Shown one piece after another: positions 10,960 to 21,990 of a stretch of DNA of 64,000 nucleotides. The DNA lies in assembly GCA_963769425.1 (NCBI GenBank), contig CAVYLP010000006.1:704001-768000 (forward strand), in the 5' to 3' direction. The notes under the pieces were generated by a model. That model was not told the origin of the DNA, searched no databases, and was given only the letters and a program-made list of their open reading frames with translations. Origin of the DNA: Candidatus Bathyarchaeota archaeon. Lineage in GTDB: Archaea; Thermoproteota; Bathyarchaeia; TCS64. Every line of letters begins with the position of its first letter. Within the stretch, counting starts at the first letter, position 1. A program made the position numbers and the translations under genes.

Positions 10960-12099
10960 GCAACTATATCGAGTTCGAGACGCCCGAGGGCGTCTGCTAC
11001 GTGCGGGAGGACCGGGTCCCGTGGTTCGCGGGTGTGGATGTCGCCGTCTTCGACTGCGACGGTGTCCTCCTCGATATCCGGGAATCCTACTGGAGGGCCG
11101 CCGCGGAGACCGCCGTCATAGTACTCGAAGCTTTAACCGGAGCTAGGGTCAGCCTGGGTGTATTCGACCGTGACGTGGACTTCGCGTTCAAGAAGACGGG
11201 GGGCTTCAACAACGACTGGTCTCTGACCTATGCGTATATTATAGGTACTCTCGGCACTCTGTCGAATGAGGCGCTTCGTCGCCTAGATGAGGCCGCAGCC
11301 CGGGTCCCGGAGGCGAAGCCCTCTGAGAGATTACAGTCGTTCTCCTCTTTTAGATCCCCCATTAAGGTTGAAGAGGAGAAAATCCGCGCCTCTCTGATCG
11401 AATTAGCCGGGTCGGTTGGACCTGGAGGCGTCGATTCCGTTGATCAACTGCTGCTTCCACGAGTTGGATCAAACATCAAGTGGCTCCTCCGATATCGCGG
11501 GGATGTAGGCGTCAGCGTAGTCTCCACACTCTTTGAGGAGTTGTTCGCGGGAGCTAGTCTCTTCAAGGAAACCTTTGGCATCCCCGCTCAATTCACTCAG
11601 CGAGTCGGAGGTTACATCGACGCCGAACGGGTAATCCCTACGCCAGCCGTTTTCCTGCGGCTTGAACGCCTCCTCGGGGGACGCCGATTCGGAGTCGCCT
11701 CGGGGAGTCTAATGAACAGCGCCCGCCGTGTCCTCGGAGAAACTTGGCGCGTTTTTCCCCGTGAGGCCCAAGTCTGGCACGACGACGTGGACAGGACGAT
11801 GGCCGAGACGGGGGCCAGAGGTCTCCACAAGCCGTCCGGATACCCGCTCTTACGTGCCTCCTCCATATACGAGCCCTTCAAACGGGCCGTTTACGTGGGG
11901 GATACAATGACGGATTCTCATCGCCACCCGGAACGCGGCGACGGAGACCCCCCGCTACGTCTTCATGGGGGTCTACTCCTCTGTGGACTCTCCAAATGAG
12001 ACCCTCCAAATGTTTATCGATGAGGGGGCTGACGCCATCGCCCCGAGCGTCAACCAGCTTCCAGATGTGCTAGAGTGGGCGAGAAGTGAACAGCTTTGA
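10956..12099 (+). CDS. HAD-superfamily hydrolase, probable histidinol-phosphate phosphatase; +1 frameshift near 11916
   Basis: GTG 10956 overlaps the hisC stop; FDCDGVL, KP, YVGDTMTD motifs. After one extra T the frame continues LIATRNAA...GADAIAPSVNQLP to TGA 12099, overlapping the hisB start. Confidence 0.8.
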
Positions 12100-12671
12100 G
12101 AAACTATGAAAAGAATCGTGAAACCCGTGAGACCCGAGTAAAGGTCCAATTAAACCTAGACGGCACAGGTGTAAGCCGCGTCGATACGTCGGTACTATTC
12201 CTGAACCACATGTTGACAAGCCTCTCCACTCACAGCATGATCGACCTCACCGTGGAGGCGTCGGGGGACCTTAGCCACCACATCGTGGAAGACGTCGCCC
12301 TCGTCCTAGGCGACGCTCTTAGGGGTGCCCTCGGGGACGCCAGCGGGATAACACGCTTCGCCTCGGCGGCGGTTCCAATGGATGAGAGCCTTGCGGAGGC
12401 AGCCTTGGATCTGAGCGGTCGACCTTACTCGGTGATCAGCCTCGGCACCCGGGGAGAGCGGGTGGAGGACATGGCGTGCGAGGACGCTGCACACTTCCTA
12501 CAGAGCCTCGCCTCATCCGCCCGTATCACCCTTCACATCAACGTATCGTACGGCACCAATGATCACCACAAGATTGAAGCCGCCTTCAAGGCCCTCGCCC
12601 TCAGTCTACGTGAAGCGATACGCCTCGACCCAGCTCGGGTCGGTGCACCAAGCAGCAAGGGGCTACTCTGA
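12096..12671 (+). CDS. hisB: Imidazoleglycerol-phosphate dehydratase
   Basis: RETRET, HHIVED, PMDE, NDHHKIEAAFKA. Confidence 0.97.
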   Translation: MRNYEKNRETRETRVKVQLNLDGTGVSRVDTSVLFLNHMLTSLSTHSMIDLTVEASGDLSHHIVEDVALVLGDALRGALGDASGITRFASAAVPMDESLAEAALDLSGRPYSVISLGTRGERVEDMACEDAAHFLQSLASSARITLHINVSYGTNDHHKIEAAFKALALSLREAIRLDPARVGAPSSKGLL

Positions 12672-13273
12672 TGCCAAAGGTAGCGGTCCTCGACTACAAG
12701 GTCGGGAACATCTTCAGCATGATGAGCGCTCTGAAGCGGACCGGGCTTGAGGTCGAGTTGACATCGGACCCCGCGAGGATCAGGGCGGCTGATGGGCTGG
12801 TGCTTCCCGGGGTCGGCAACTTCGGGGTTGCGTCCCGCATGTTGGAGCCTTACCGCGGTGCGTTAACCGAAGCCCTAGAGTCTGGTAAGCCGATGCTGGG
12901 GAGCTGCCTAGGGATGCAGCTCCTCTTCGAGGCCAGCGAGGAGGCTGAGGGTGTCGGTCTCGGGTTCATAAAGGGATGCGTCAGGCGGTTCGGTGAGGGG
13001 GTCAAGGTGCCCCACATGGGGTGGAATCAGGTGACACCGGCGAAACCTTGCCCCCTACTCGAAGGCGTGGAGGACGAATACTTCTACTTCGTTCACAGCT
13101 TCTACCCGGATCCAGCGGATCCTGAGGACGCGGTAGCGACCACCGAGTACGATGGCTGCTTTGTGAGCGTCGTCGCTCGGGGATGCCTCTACGGGACCCA
13201 GTTCCACCCAGAGAAGTCGGGGGCCTCCGGCGCGGCCCTTCTCCGCAACTACGCGGGGCTACTCAAGAGGTGA
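12671..13273 (+). CDS. hisH: Imidazole glycerol phosphate synthase, glutaminase subunit
   Basis: LPGVG, CLGMQ, PHMGWN, FYFVHS, QFHPEKS. Confidence 0.97.
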   Translation: MPKVAVLDYKVGNIFSMMSALKRTGLEVELTSDPARIRAADGLVLPGVGNFGVASRMLEPYRGALTEALESGKPMLGSCLGMQLLFEASEEAEGVGLGFIKGCVRRFGEGVKVPHMGWNQVTPAKPCPLLEGVEDEYFYFVHSFYPDPADPEDAVATTEYDGCFVSVVARGCLYGTQFHPEKSGASGAALLRNYAGLLKR

Positions 13274-13985
13274 TGATGATGCAGGTGATTCCGGCTGTTG
13301 ATATCATGGACGCCCGCACCGTGCGCCTCGTAAAGGGGATTGAATTCGAGAGGAAAGACTACGGTGATCCCCTAGAAGCCGCCCTTCTCTGGGCCAAGCA
13401 GGGTGCAAAGATGATCCACGTCATAGACCTCGACGCCGCCCTCGACAAAAGAAGCAATCGGGGGTTGTACAGAGGATCATCAAGGAGGCGGGTGTAGACG
13501 TTCAGGTTGGGGGCGGAGTCCGTTCCATCGACGACGCCGCGGCACTCCTCGACGGCGGCGCCTACCGCGTGATCCTCGGGTCCCTCGCGTTCCAAGACTC
13601 AGGAGCCGTCGAAAGGCTCCTCCACCTCTACGGGGAGGAAAGAATAGTCGTTTCCCTTGACCACTCGGGGGGCATACTCAAGGTAAACGGGTGGCGTACC
13701 GAGGCAGGGGTCAGCATCGACGAAGCCTTCGACAGCTTCACGGGGCTTGGCGTCTCAAGGTTCCTCGTCACCTGCATCGACGTGGACGGCATGCTCGGCT
13801 CCCCCGACATCGCCACCGTCAAGGGCCTCACCGCCCGTGCGCGGATCATGGCGGCGGGGGGAGTCGGAAGCCTAGGCGACCTCAAGCAGCTCAAGTCGGC
13901 GGGGGTCGAAGCCGCGGTGGTCGGAAAAGCCCTCTACGAGGGGAGATTCACCCTAACACAAGCACTGGAGGCTACCGAGAGTTGA
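13273..13985 (+). CDS. hisA: ProFAR isomerase; -1 frameshift in a G run near 13460-13464
   Basis: VIPAVDI...IHVIDLDAA; adding one G restores [21 protein letters not shown], joining the 13569..13985 ORF (DGMLG, AAGGV, VGKALY). Confidence 0.9.
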
Positions 13986-14785
13986 CCCTCACCAAGCGGA
14001 TAATCCCGTGCCTCGACGTCAAGGATGGCAGGGTCGTTAAAGGTACTCACTTTGAGAACCTTCGCGACGCTGGGGACCCCGTTGAGTTGGCGAAACGCTA
14101 CAGCGCGGAGGGTGCCGATGAGCTCGTATTCCTCGATATTACCGCTAGTAACGAGAAGCGGAGCACACTCACCCGCCTCGTCTCGGGGGTCGCCTCGGAG
14201 CTTGACATCCCCTTCACGGTGGGTGGGGGCATCAGGAGCGTTGATGACATCCGCGCCGTCCTCCTGTCGGGGGCCGACAAGACGAGCCTCAACACGGCCG
14301 CCGTCGATGACCCTTCTCTGATCACGCGGGGTGCCGATGTCTTCGGTGCCCAGTGTGTGGTCTTGGCAGTGGACGCCCGCCGCAACTACGCCCCCAACCC
14401 CGAGGCATACACAGTGCAGACTCGGGAAGGCGCCTGTTGGTTTGAGGTCTACACATACGGCGGACGTAAGGCGACCGGTATCTGCGCAGTAGACTGGAGT
14501 AGGAGAGCCGTCGAACTGGGCGCCGGTGAGATCCTCGTCACGAGTATGGACCGCGATGGCACCAAGGCGGGGTTCGACATCGAGTTGACCCGCAGCATCG
14601 CGGACGCCGTAAACGTCCCGGTGATAGCCAGTGGAGGTGCCGGGGAGCCCCGCCACTTCCTTGAAGCATTAACAGCGGGCAAGGCGGACGCAGCCCTCGC
14701 GGCAAGCGTTTTCCACTACGGGAACTACCCGGTCCCCCTCGTGAAGCGGTACCTAAAGCAGAACGGAGTTGAGGTGAGAATATGA
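13982..14785 (+). CDS. hisF: Imidazole glycerol phosphate synthase, cyclase subunit
   Basis: TTG start 13982; [36 protein letters not shown]. Confidence 0.97.
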   Translation: MTLTKRIIPCLDVKDGRVVKGTHFENLRDAGDPVELAKRYSAEGADELVFLDITASNEKRSTLTRLVSGVASELDIPFTVGGGIRSVDDIRAVLLSGADKTSLNTAAVDDPSLITRGADVFGAQCVVLAVDARRNYAPNPEAYTVQTREGACWFEVYTYGGRKATGICAVDWSRRAVELGAGEILVTSMDRDGTKAGFDIELTRSIADAVNVPVIASGGAGEPRHFLEALTAGKADAALAASVFHYGNYPVPLVKRYLKQNGVEVRI

Positions 14786-15114
14786 TACAAGTGAAGAGCG
14801 ATGACTTGGACTGGAAGAAGATGGATGGGATATTACCCGTCATTGCCCAGTCTGCGGACACCTTGGAGGTGCTCACGTTAGCCTACATCAATCCAGAGGC
14901 CCTTCGGTTGACCTTCCTGACCGGGTACGCCCACTACTACAGACGGAGCCACCAGCAGGTCATGATGAAGGGAGTCACTAGTGGCAACACCCAGAAGGTT
15001 GAGCGAGTGCTCACCGACTGCGACAACGATGCCGTAGTCTACATCGTCCACCAGAAGGGGCCAGCCTGCCACCTCGGGGAGCAAACCTGCTTCCATAAAC
15101 AGCTCACGGCTTAG
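14782..15114 (+). CDS. hisI: Phosphoribosyl-AMP cyclohydrolase (monofunctional)
   Basis: KGVTSGN, DCDND, ACHLG..TCF; no HisE domain. Confidence 0.93.
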   Translation: MIQVKSDDLDWKKMDGILPVIAQSADTLEVLTLAYINPEALRLTFLTGYAHYYRRSHQQVMMKGVTSGNTQKVERVLTDCDNDAVVYIVHQKGPACHLGEQTCFHKQLTA

Positions 15115-15193
15115 CGCTGTGCTTTCCCATCATCAGATTCAAGTTCCACTCCTATGAATATGGTCAGTGCCTAGGGACCTATTTGGTTCATGG

Positions 15194-15832
15194 TTACGCT
15201 GGTTTTTCTGCGAGTTTTTTGAGCTGGTCGCTTAGTCGTCTGCGGCCGGTTTCGGCTGTTACTTCACTTCTCGTTGCCTCGATGACGGCTCGGGTGATGT
15301 CGAGTTTTCGTCTGAGTCCCTTGAGGAGGCTTGCGTCCTCCATGGCGACGAGGTGGAGGTAGATCTGCTCCATCCGGGTCAGGTTTTGCTCAGCTTTTTC
15401 AAGGTCTCCGATTCTGAGTGCGTCGAGGGCCTCGCGGCGGAGTTCACCTGGGACGTCTCCTAGTCCGAGGAGGTATCGGGTTGGTGTGGCGGCGGCTTGT
15501 TCTAGTGAGGGGTATTTGTCTTCTGCTAGGAGGGTGTGCAGGATTGTCGCCTCGGCGTGTTCCTCGTGTGCGGCTTCAACCTCATCGTATTGGTCGAGTT
15601 CCTGGTGATCGCGGATGTAGGGCTTCATCTCGTCGAGGAGGCGGCGGGCCTCGAGTATGTTGGTTTGTGCTTTTTCTGGTTGTTTGTTGTGGTCGAGTAG
15701 GATGGCTTGCTTGCTGAGTTGTCGGGCTTTTCTAGCCCTGGTTAGGGCTTCGTCTCGTGCTTTTTCGCGGTCTAGGAGCTCGTCCGAAGTCTTGTTGATG
15801 ATGTTTTGGAGTGTCTCCTCGTCGCTTGGCAT
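15194..15832 (-). CDS. Translin family protein
   Basis: EEHAEA, YLLGLGDVPGELRR, LRRKLD. Confidence 0.9.
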   Translation of the reverse strand: MPSDEETLQNIINKTSDELLDREKARDEALTRARKARQLSKQAILLDHNKQPEKAQTNILEARRLLDEMKPYIRDHQELDQYDEVEAAHEEHAEATILHTLLAEDKYPSLEQAAATPTRYLLGLGDVPGELRREALDALRIGDLEKAEQNLTRMEQIYLHLVAMEDASLLKGLRRKLDITRAVIEATRSEVTAETGRRRLSDQLKKLAEKPA

Positions 15833-16110
15833 GGGTGTTTCTTGTTTCTCGGAGCTATAAATGCGCTAGGATATCATTATTAGCGGTTTTACAGTTCGCT
15901 CCCGTAGCTGGTTAATTATTTCTTGCCACGGGGCATGAGGAAAAAACATGGAATTTGCGTCGGTGGCAAGGTATCTAGATCACAATTACTCGATTGTAGA
16001 AACTAATTAGTGGATTTAGGAGGAAAAGCAAGCAGTCTTTTATTGATAACTGATATAAACCAACTTGTTAACCTTTATTCTGGCTCAATTATTCTAGTCT
16101 GGATGATGAT

Positions 16111-16506
16111 GTGACTATGTCCGAAGTTAGGAAGAAGATCGAGAAGGAGAATGGGAAGTTCGGGGAATACGTTAGGCGAAGCGACGCGAAGGCAATCTCG
16201 GCCCTCTACACGGATGGGGCGAGTCTACTACCGGTTGGCATGAAGTCCATCGATGGTAGAAGGGCCATCGAGCAGTTCTGGGGTGGTGCAATTAAGAACA
16301 TGGGGCTAAAGGATGTCGTTCTTAAAACTGTGGAGGTTTTGGGTTCGGGTGACTCGGTGACTGAGAGGGGAGAGTACGTCCTCAAGTTCGAGGCCAATGG
16401 AAAAGCTACGGAAGACAAGGGTAAGTATCTAGTTGTGTGGAAGAATATGCCTGAGGGTTGGAAGCTCCACTGGGATATGTGGACCTCGAACTTGTCTCAG
16501 AAGTAA
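16111..16506 (+). CDS. NTF2/SnoaL-like (YybH/DUF4440) protein
   Basis: ALYTDGA, GKYLVVWK...WKLHWDMW. Confidence 0.85.
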   Translation: MTMSEVRKKIEKENGKFGEYVRRSDAKAISALYTDGASLLPVGMKSIDGRRAIEQFWGGAIKNMGLKDVVLKTVEVLGSGDSVTERGEYVLKFEANGKATEDKGKYLVVWKNMPEGWKLHWDMWTSNLSQK

Positions 16507-16584
16507 AATATCTTTTTTCCATTTTGATATTATTTCTAAAAATAAATTATCGTTTTCCTCTATTTTAATGAGGATAAATGGAGA

Positions 16585-17609
16585 TTAGCCCGTGAAGAAG
16601 GTGATGATGGTAGGGAGCGGTCCCTTAACGACGCTGGAGACGCTACCGTTGGTTGTATCGATCTTGTAGAGTGTAAAGTTTGTTATCACCTTACTCTGGA
16701 GGGCGTAGGTGTTGTAGTAGGAGGTCATCTCGCTGGTAGCTATTCTTGCAGTAACTTGGTTGAAATCGTGTGTAATGTAGCGGCCGGCGGTGTCGAAAAT
16801 CGTCAGTAGTCCATTCCCTGATGGGACGAAGATCGCGGCGGTCTGTGTTCCGTCCATGAAGTCGACTATTCCGAGGTATATTGTCTGTGGGGCTTTCTTG
16901 ATGTTCTGCTGGTAGTTGATCATCATCGCATACTGGAGGGTTGCTTGGTCGACGGCATTACCCTCGAGGTACTTGATTGTCTCGGTGGGGGTTCTATAGT
17001 AGACTTCGTGGTACTGAACATCGAAACTCGATACGGTTTTTGTGCCGTTGATCATGGTGTATTGTAGTTGAAGGAACGGGAAGCCGATCTGGTGGACAGA
17101 TGTGACGAAGCCTGATACATAGGCGTAGATTTTGTTGTAAGCTGAAAGGTAATCGGGCTCACTGCTGATCTATGTTCGACACGATGGTTTGTGACTGAGT
17201 TGACCTCCTGGCTGTTGAGAGTACGGGTGAAGGCCTTGGGAGACGAATCCAACCGAGTAGAGAGTACTGTTAAGCGCCACTACATCGTTGGAGATGGATC
17301 CAAGGAAGCCCTTCAGGTCCTTGTAGTTTGATTGAGTCTGCCCGTAGCTTCCCTGAAGCTGTGTGTATTTGTCGGTGAGGGTCTTATTTTGGGTGCTTAA
17401 CTTAGTATAATCCGCCTGAAGGGTGTCCTTCTGGGTCGATAGCACTTGATACTGACATGACAGAGTGATGTATTGGAGCTGTGTGTCGGTTAGGCGATCC
17501 CTTTTAGGTCGACAATCTGGCTGTTATAAACGGCGAATCCGCCTCCGAAGCCTACTACGGCTCCGGCGATTATACCTACCACTAAGAGAACGAGTGGCTT
17601 TGATTCCAT
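16585..17609 (-). pseudogene. Membrane-anchored coiled-coil exported protein broken by several frameshifts
   Basis: Starts MESKPLVLLVVGIIAGAVVGFGGGFAVY; continues through ORF fragments 17170..17445 (coiled coil) and 16585..17055 in different frames. Confidence 0.6.
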
Positions 17610-17991
17610 GGTTTTTCGATACCTTAGTTGATAGCAAAGAATATAACCTAAATGAATCTCGCTCCGTGTTTTTGGGGATACGAATTGTTAATGTTTAAAA
17701 GAGGTATTGGATGTATGATTTGACTATGGCCAACTTAGATCGTCTGTTTTCTGAGGCTATCATCTTCCTGCTGGTGCTGGCCTTGGAGTGGTATCACGAT
17801 TAAGCCAATGGTCGGCGACATCATTGGTTACGTGTTGATAGGAATTACCGTAATACTGCTGCTTCTTGATATTCTAAGGAATGCGCTTTGACAATTAAAA
17901 TCGAAGTATGAATTTTAATTGTTGAAGGATTCGACATTACGGTATGCCTCAGCAATTTATTTCCTGAGTAATTAGGTGAGGTTATGGAGTT

Positions 17992-18477
17992 TCATCGAAT
18001 TAATCTTCCAGTTTGTTCGAAGTGTTGGATGATCTTTGAATTCTCCCTAGGATCCTGACTAGTAGGTTGGTCCCATGGATATCCCATCTGAATCTTCATG
18101 GTTTCATAATTCGATTCGAAGTTTGGGTATGTGATTACAACCTCGGTTGATGGGTATGAGCGTGATGTGATTGGGGGAACAAATATGCCGTGTAAATCTT
18201 CCTCCCCGTCAACTATGATTACAAAGTCGCCCATTAGAGGCGCTCTCATTGCCTTCATTGTATCTACGCATGCTTTGGTTAAGATCAACTCGTGGCTTGT
18301 CACGTTATAGTATCGGACATCGGTGTCTGTTACTACATTAAGCTGGGTTTTGGTTAGTATGATGCTGAACTCGTTCGCTGGGAGTTGGTGTTGATTATTT
18401 GCTATGAACAATACGGTGCAGAGTGGGATTAATACTCCTAAAATGACGGCTATTGAGGTTCTTTTATCCATATTCAA
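17992..18477 (-). CDS. Hypothetical protein with N-terminal transmembrane helix
   Basis: 161-aa ORF with hydrophobic N-terminus. Confidence 0.65.
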   Translation of the reverse strand: MNMDKRTSIAVILGVLIPLCTVLFIANNQHQLPANEFSIILTKTQLNVVTDTDVRYYNVTSHELILTKACVDTMKAMRAPLMGDFVIIVDGEEDLHGIFVPPITSRSYPSTEVVITYPNFESNYETMKIQMGYPWDQPTSQDPRENSKIIQHFEQTGRLIR

Positions 18478-18683
18478 TTCCGATGGATTGAAAGAGTAAT
18501 AACTCTTTTTATGACTCGAAATGAATACTCCTTTTGCTTATGAGGTTGGACTCGAGATCGTATAAAATATGAGAACGTGGTAACCATCATGCTTATCCAT
18601 TAATGTATGATGAGTTTGTACGTCCATAAACCCTAAAATAAACATCAATGAGGATTTTACGGGGCATAAGGGAGAGGTAGGAG

Positions 18684-20099
18684 TTGAAAATCAAGATTTT
18701 ATCAATAATGATCTCATTTTTACTCGTTGTAAATTCGTTAGGGTTGATCGGTGCGCGTGCAAGTGACACGATTAGTGCATCGGATTTCCAGCTGGGTAGT
18801 TGGTCGAAGACGATCGATCTTTTTGATTATGCTCGACAGCACGCTGAGTCTGTGGGTGGTGTTCCGCCGCCAGAGAACTGGACTAGTGACACGGTGGTCA
18901 ACTACATCAATCAGAATGGTTTCAAGCTCCTCTACATGGGCTTCGCCGGGGTTGACTATGGCAGCGCCAAGTTCCAGCTACCCCTTCAGTCCGTAGTTGA
19001 AAGCTTTAACACGACCAAGGGTGAACCAGCCATGACCGCTTCTAGTTTCCTAATGCTCATGGCATTCAATGACACGAAAACCTCCCTATACGCGGGTTCA
19101 CCCGATAAGGGCGACAACCTCTGGGCATCGTTCACAATGGGGTCGGATTATAGTGAAGTTTTACCTGAGGGGAAGACGCCCAAGCTCACCACGAGTGTTG
19201 AGATTACTCAGTTGAAGGTCTCTGGCAACGAGTACACCTGGGGGATGACGTACAAGAACCTAGAAGCAATCTGGTGGAGCATCGCGGGGAGTGTGCCGAA
19301 GCTCTTGCCGGCCGCCCTCTGCGTATACGACGAGCTCGGCTTCAATTATCGTCTAGTGTTCAACCCAGGCGACGGTACCGCGAAGCTCTACGTGACCTAC
19401 ACCCTCGGTGAGATGCATGACCTCTGGACGGTGGGTCACGTCGGTTTCATTCCCGTCGTGGTGCACTACAATAGCACCGGTTTGTACGGTCCATTGGGGA
19501 AGAAGGCTGGTTCTGAGACTATTCACGATTTCCTCGAACGGAACAAGATCAGCATGAGCATCGTGATGAGTCAGAGGACGTGGGTGGCTGATAAGGAGGT
19601 CTCAAACAAGGTGAATGGTTCGGGCGCTATCTCGGATGGTGTTGACGTCAGCTCTGGAAGCGTTCAATCCACGACCTCCGATGGGCAGAAGGTATCAGAT
19701 GTCAGCTTCGGTGAGAAGAAAACCTACAAGCTCGAGGAGGCTACAGGAGAGAAGACCTACGACGCCGTGACGAGGATAGCGGATGTGAACTTCTATGCTA
19801 GGAACCCGGTTCTAAGGCTGCAGAATTCTCTCCTCCTCTACTCGAATGCCTTCATGTCCCACATGTTCCCATCGAAGTACGCCGAGACCGCCAAGGTATG
19901 GATGAACGCGACGAAGTCCGACTACCTATTCATCACATCATATCCAACCTACAGCGGATACCAAGTGATACATGACCCAGTATACACGGCTTACACTCCG
20001 CCGAAGACCACTGCGGGTGGTGCAGTACCCATCCCGAGCATTGCAGTTCTAATTGGAGTAGTCATAGTTGTCATCTTCCTAGCGAGGAAACGAAGCTGA
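18684..20099 (+). CDS. Secreted/cell-surface protein with C-terminal membrane anchor
   Basis: Purine-rich RBS (GGAGAGGTAGGAG), signal peptide, C-terminal VPIP-hydrophobic helix-RKRS. Confidence 0.8.
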   Translation: MKIKILSIMISFLLVVNSLGLIGARASDTISASDFQLGSWSKTIDLFDYARQHAESVGGVPPPENWTSDTVVNYINQNGFKLLYMGFAGVDYGSAKFQLPLQSVVESFNTTKGEPAMTASSFLMLMAFNDTKTSLYAGSPDKGDNLWASFTMGSDYSEVLPEGKTPKLTTSVEITQLKVSGNEYTWGMTYKNLEAIWWSIAGSVPKLLPAALCVYDELGFNYRLVFNPGDGTAKLYVTYTLGEMHDLWTVGHVGFIPVVVHYNSTGLYGPLGKKAGSETIHDFLERNKISMSIVMSQRTWVADKEVSNKVNGSGAISDGVDVSSGSVQSTTSDGQKVSDVSFGEKKTYKLEEATGEKTYDAVTRIADVNFYARNPVLRLQNSLLLYSNAFMSHMFPSKYAETAKVWMNATKSDYLFITSYPTYSGYQVIHDPVYTAYTPPKTTAGGAVPIPSIAVLIGVVIVVIFLARKRS

Positions 20100-20128
20100 A
20101 CCTAGAATAACTCAACGAAGCGATTGAA

Positions 20129-20445
20129 TTGCCTGGAGTGTTATCTGGCTTCAGTAAGGTCATTTTATCCTTAGCTATAGGTTTCATCATCTCCACCGTT
20201 ATCCGGGCTCTATTCTGGAACGCTCCTAATGGTCAGCTGATAATAATCGCCTTCAACCTCATCAGCATAGTTGGAGGGATTTTGGCTTTGTCGAGTCAGA
20301 AGTATTGGTCCATGACCTACCTCTTTGGCTATTTAGCGGGGCTCTATTTCTTCTCGGTAGGTACTTTGTTTCAGATTGGGAGTTCATTCTCTACATGGCA
20401 GTGGGTACTTTTTTCGTCTTCAATAAAATTAGGCACAGGTTCTGA
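20129..20445 (+). CDS. Small multi-pass membrane protein, probable frameshift near 20350
   Basis: Three hydrophobic helices; alternative frame continues LGRYFVSDWEFILYMAVGTFFVFNKIRHRF* to 20445. Confidence 0.55.
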
Positions 20446-20521
20446 GACGTGTCGTTTCCTCCTATATTCATGGGATGGAAAGTTTTACTAGGCTTCTGGG
20501 CGTCTGGTTGCTCGATCTCTC

Positions 20522-21652
20522 TTGTCTCTCGTTGGTAAGTCTGTGGCTGAGGTTCCGACTCCGGCTCTGCTGCTGGATCTGGATAAGTTTGAGTGGAATG
20601 TTGAGAAGATGTTCACTTTTGCCAAGAAGGTTGGGGTGAACGTGCGTCCTCACGCGAAGACGTTCAAGGCTGCTGCTATCTGTAACCGGCTGATCGCGGC
20701 AGGTGCGATCGGTGTGATGACTCAGAAGCTGAGTGAGGCTGAGGTGCTGCTGAACAGCGGGATCCTGTACGGGGATAAGAATATCCTGGTGAGTCAGGAG
20801 CTGGCGGATCCGGGGAAGGTGGAGCGGCTGGTGGGGCACAACGTGGCTATGGGGGAGGGGAAGGTTCTCACCAGCGTCGACGATGCGCGTGAGGTGGACA
20901 TGCTGGATGAGGCGGCGCTCAGGTGGAAGGTGAAGCAGCATGTTGTCATCGAGATGAGTCACGGGCGCTGCGGGACGGCGCCGGGGAAGCCGACGGTCGA
21001 CCTCGCGGAGCACATCGCCAAGAAGAAGGGGCTCGTGTTCCGGGGAATCTACGGGTACGAGAACCCGGTGAAGAGGGAGCTGGCACTTGAGAGGGATAAG
21101 CTGACTGTGGACACCGCGGAGATGATCAGGGCGGCTGGTATTCCGGTGGAGATCGTGTCGGCGGGTTCGACGGACACGTATGAGGTGACCGGTTCGTATC
21201 CAGGAATCACCGAGATTGAGCCGGGGAGCTTCGTCTTCGGAGCGGGTCCGGAGGGGAGCGGGTACGGGTGGAGTAGCAACAACAACGTCTACTTCAAGAG
21301 CAGCTTGACAGTGCTGTCGCAGGTGATCAGCGACAACTTCTCGGATAGGGTTGTGTTAGATGCTGGTTTGAAGGTGTTGAGTGGGGGTGACCCGGACGCG
21401 GTGCCGGCGGTGCTAGCCAAGAAGGATGGGGAACCTATCCACTTTGAGAAGGCTGGGTTGAGTGAGGAGCATTGCACGCTACGATTCAAGGAGGGTGATC
21501 CTGAGCGGAAGAGGATTAGGTGGGGGGACAAGCTGGAGCTAACTCCGAGTCACTGCTGCACATGTGTCAACCAACATGATGAGATGCTTGTGGTGAAGAA
21601 TGGGCGTGTTGCAGCGGTATGGCCTATAACAGCACGTGGTAGATACACATAG
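20522..21652 (+). CDS. D-threonine aldolase / DSD1-like PLP enzyme (alanine racemase fold)
   Basis: VPTPALLLD, RPHAKT (PLP Lys), LSEEH, PSHCCTCVNQHD. Confidence 0.9.
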   Translation: MSLVGKSVAEVPTPALLLDLDKFEWNVEKMFTFAKKVGVNVRPHAKTFKAAAICNRLIAAGAIGVMTQKLSEAEVLLNSGILYGDKNILVSQELADPGKVERLVGHNVAMGEGKVLTSVDDAREVDMLDEAALRWKVKQHVVIEMSHGRCGTAPGKPTVDLAEHIAKKKGLVFRGIYGYENPVKRELALERDKLTVDTAEMIRAAGIPVEIVSAGSTDTYEVTGSYPGITEIEPGSFVFGAGPEGSGYGWSSNNNVYFKSSLTVLSQVISDNFSDRVVLDAGLKVLSGGDPDAVPAVLAKKDGEPIHFEKAGLSEEHCTLRFKEGDPERKRIRWGDKLELTPSHCCTCVNQHDEMLVVKNGRVAAVWPITARGRYT

Positions 21653-21990
21653 CCTCTATGGTTTACCCTCTCTCATCACAAACAATTAGGGTAATTTTTT
21701 TTCCCCGAACGGGCGATGTTCTGACTGTAGTGGGGTGTTGAGCGACCCAAGGGTCGCTAGAAGTTCTGGTAGATAGGGATTGTGGTAAGCAGGAAAAAGA
21801 GGTCTCAGATTCAGGCTAGCGCGGGGATGAAGCAGGGAAAGAGACTGGCGCTAGTCAGAAAGTTCTCTGACGAGGAGGATTTGTACTAGTACGTACGTAC
21901 CCCTTTTTCCCTAGAATATGGGATGGAAAAAGAGAGATTTTAGAGTTGAATGATAAATGTTAAAAGAAGGTTCCAATTAAATTCCATAGT

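Noticed and set aside
13691-13981. N-terminal extension of the 364-aa hisF ORF
   Set aside because: Out-of-frame overlap with hisA; the real start is TTG 13982
21741-21900. Hairpin AGCGACCC-AA-GGGTCGCT and GTAC repeats as the left terminal repeat of a casposon
   Set aside because: No matching sequence found at the right side of the island, and no PolB gene
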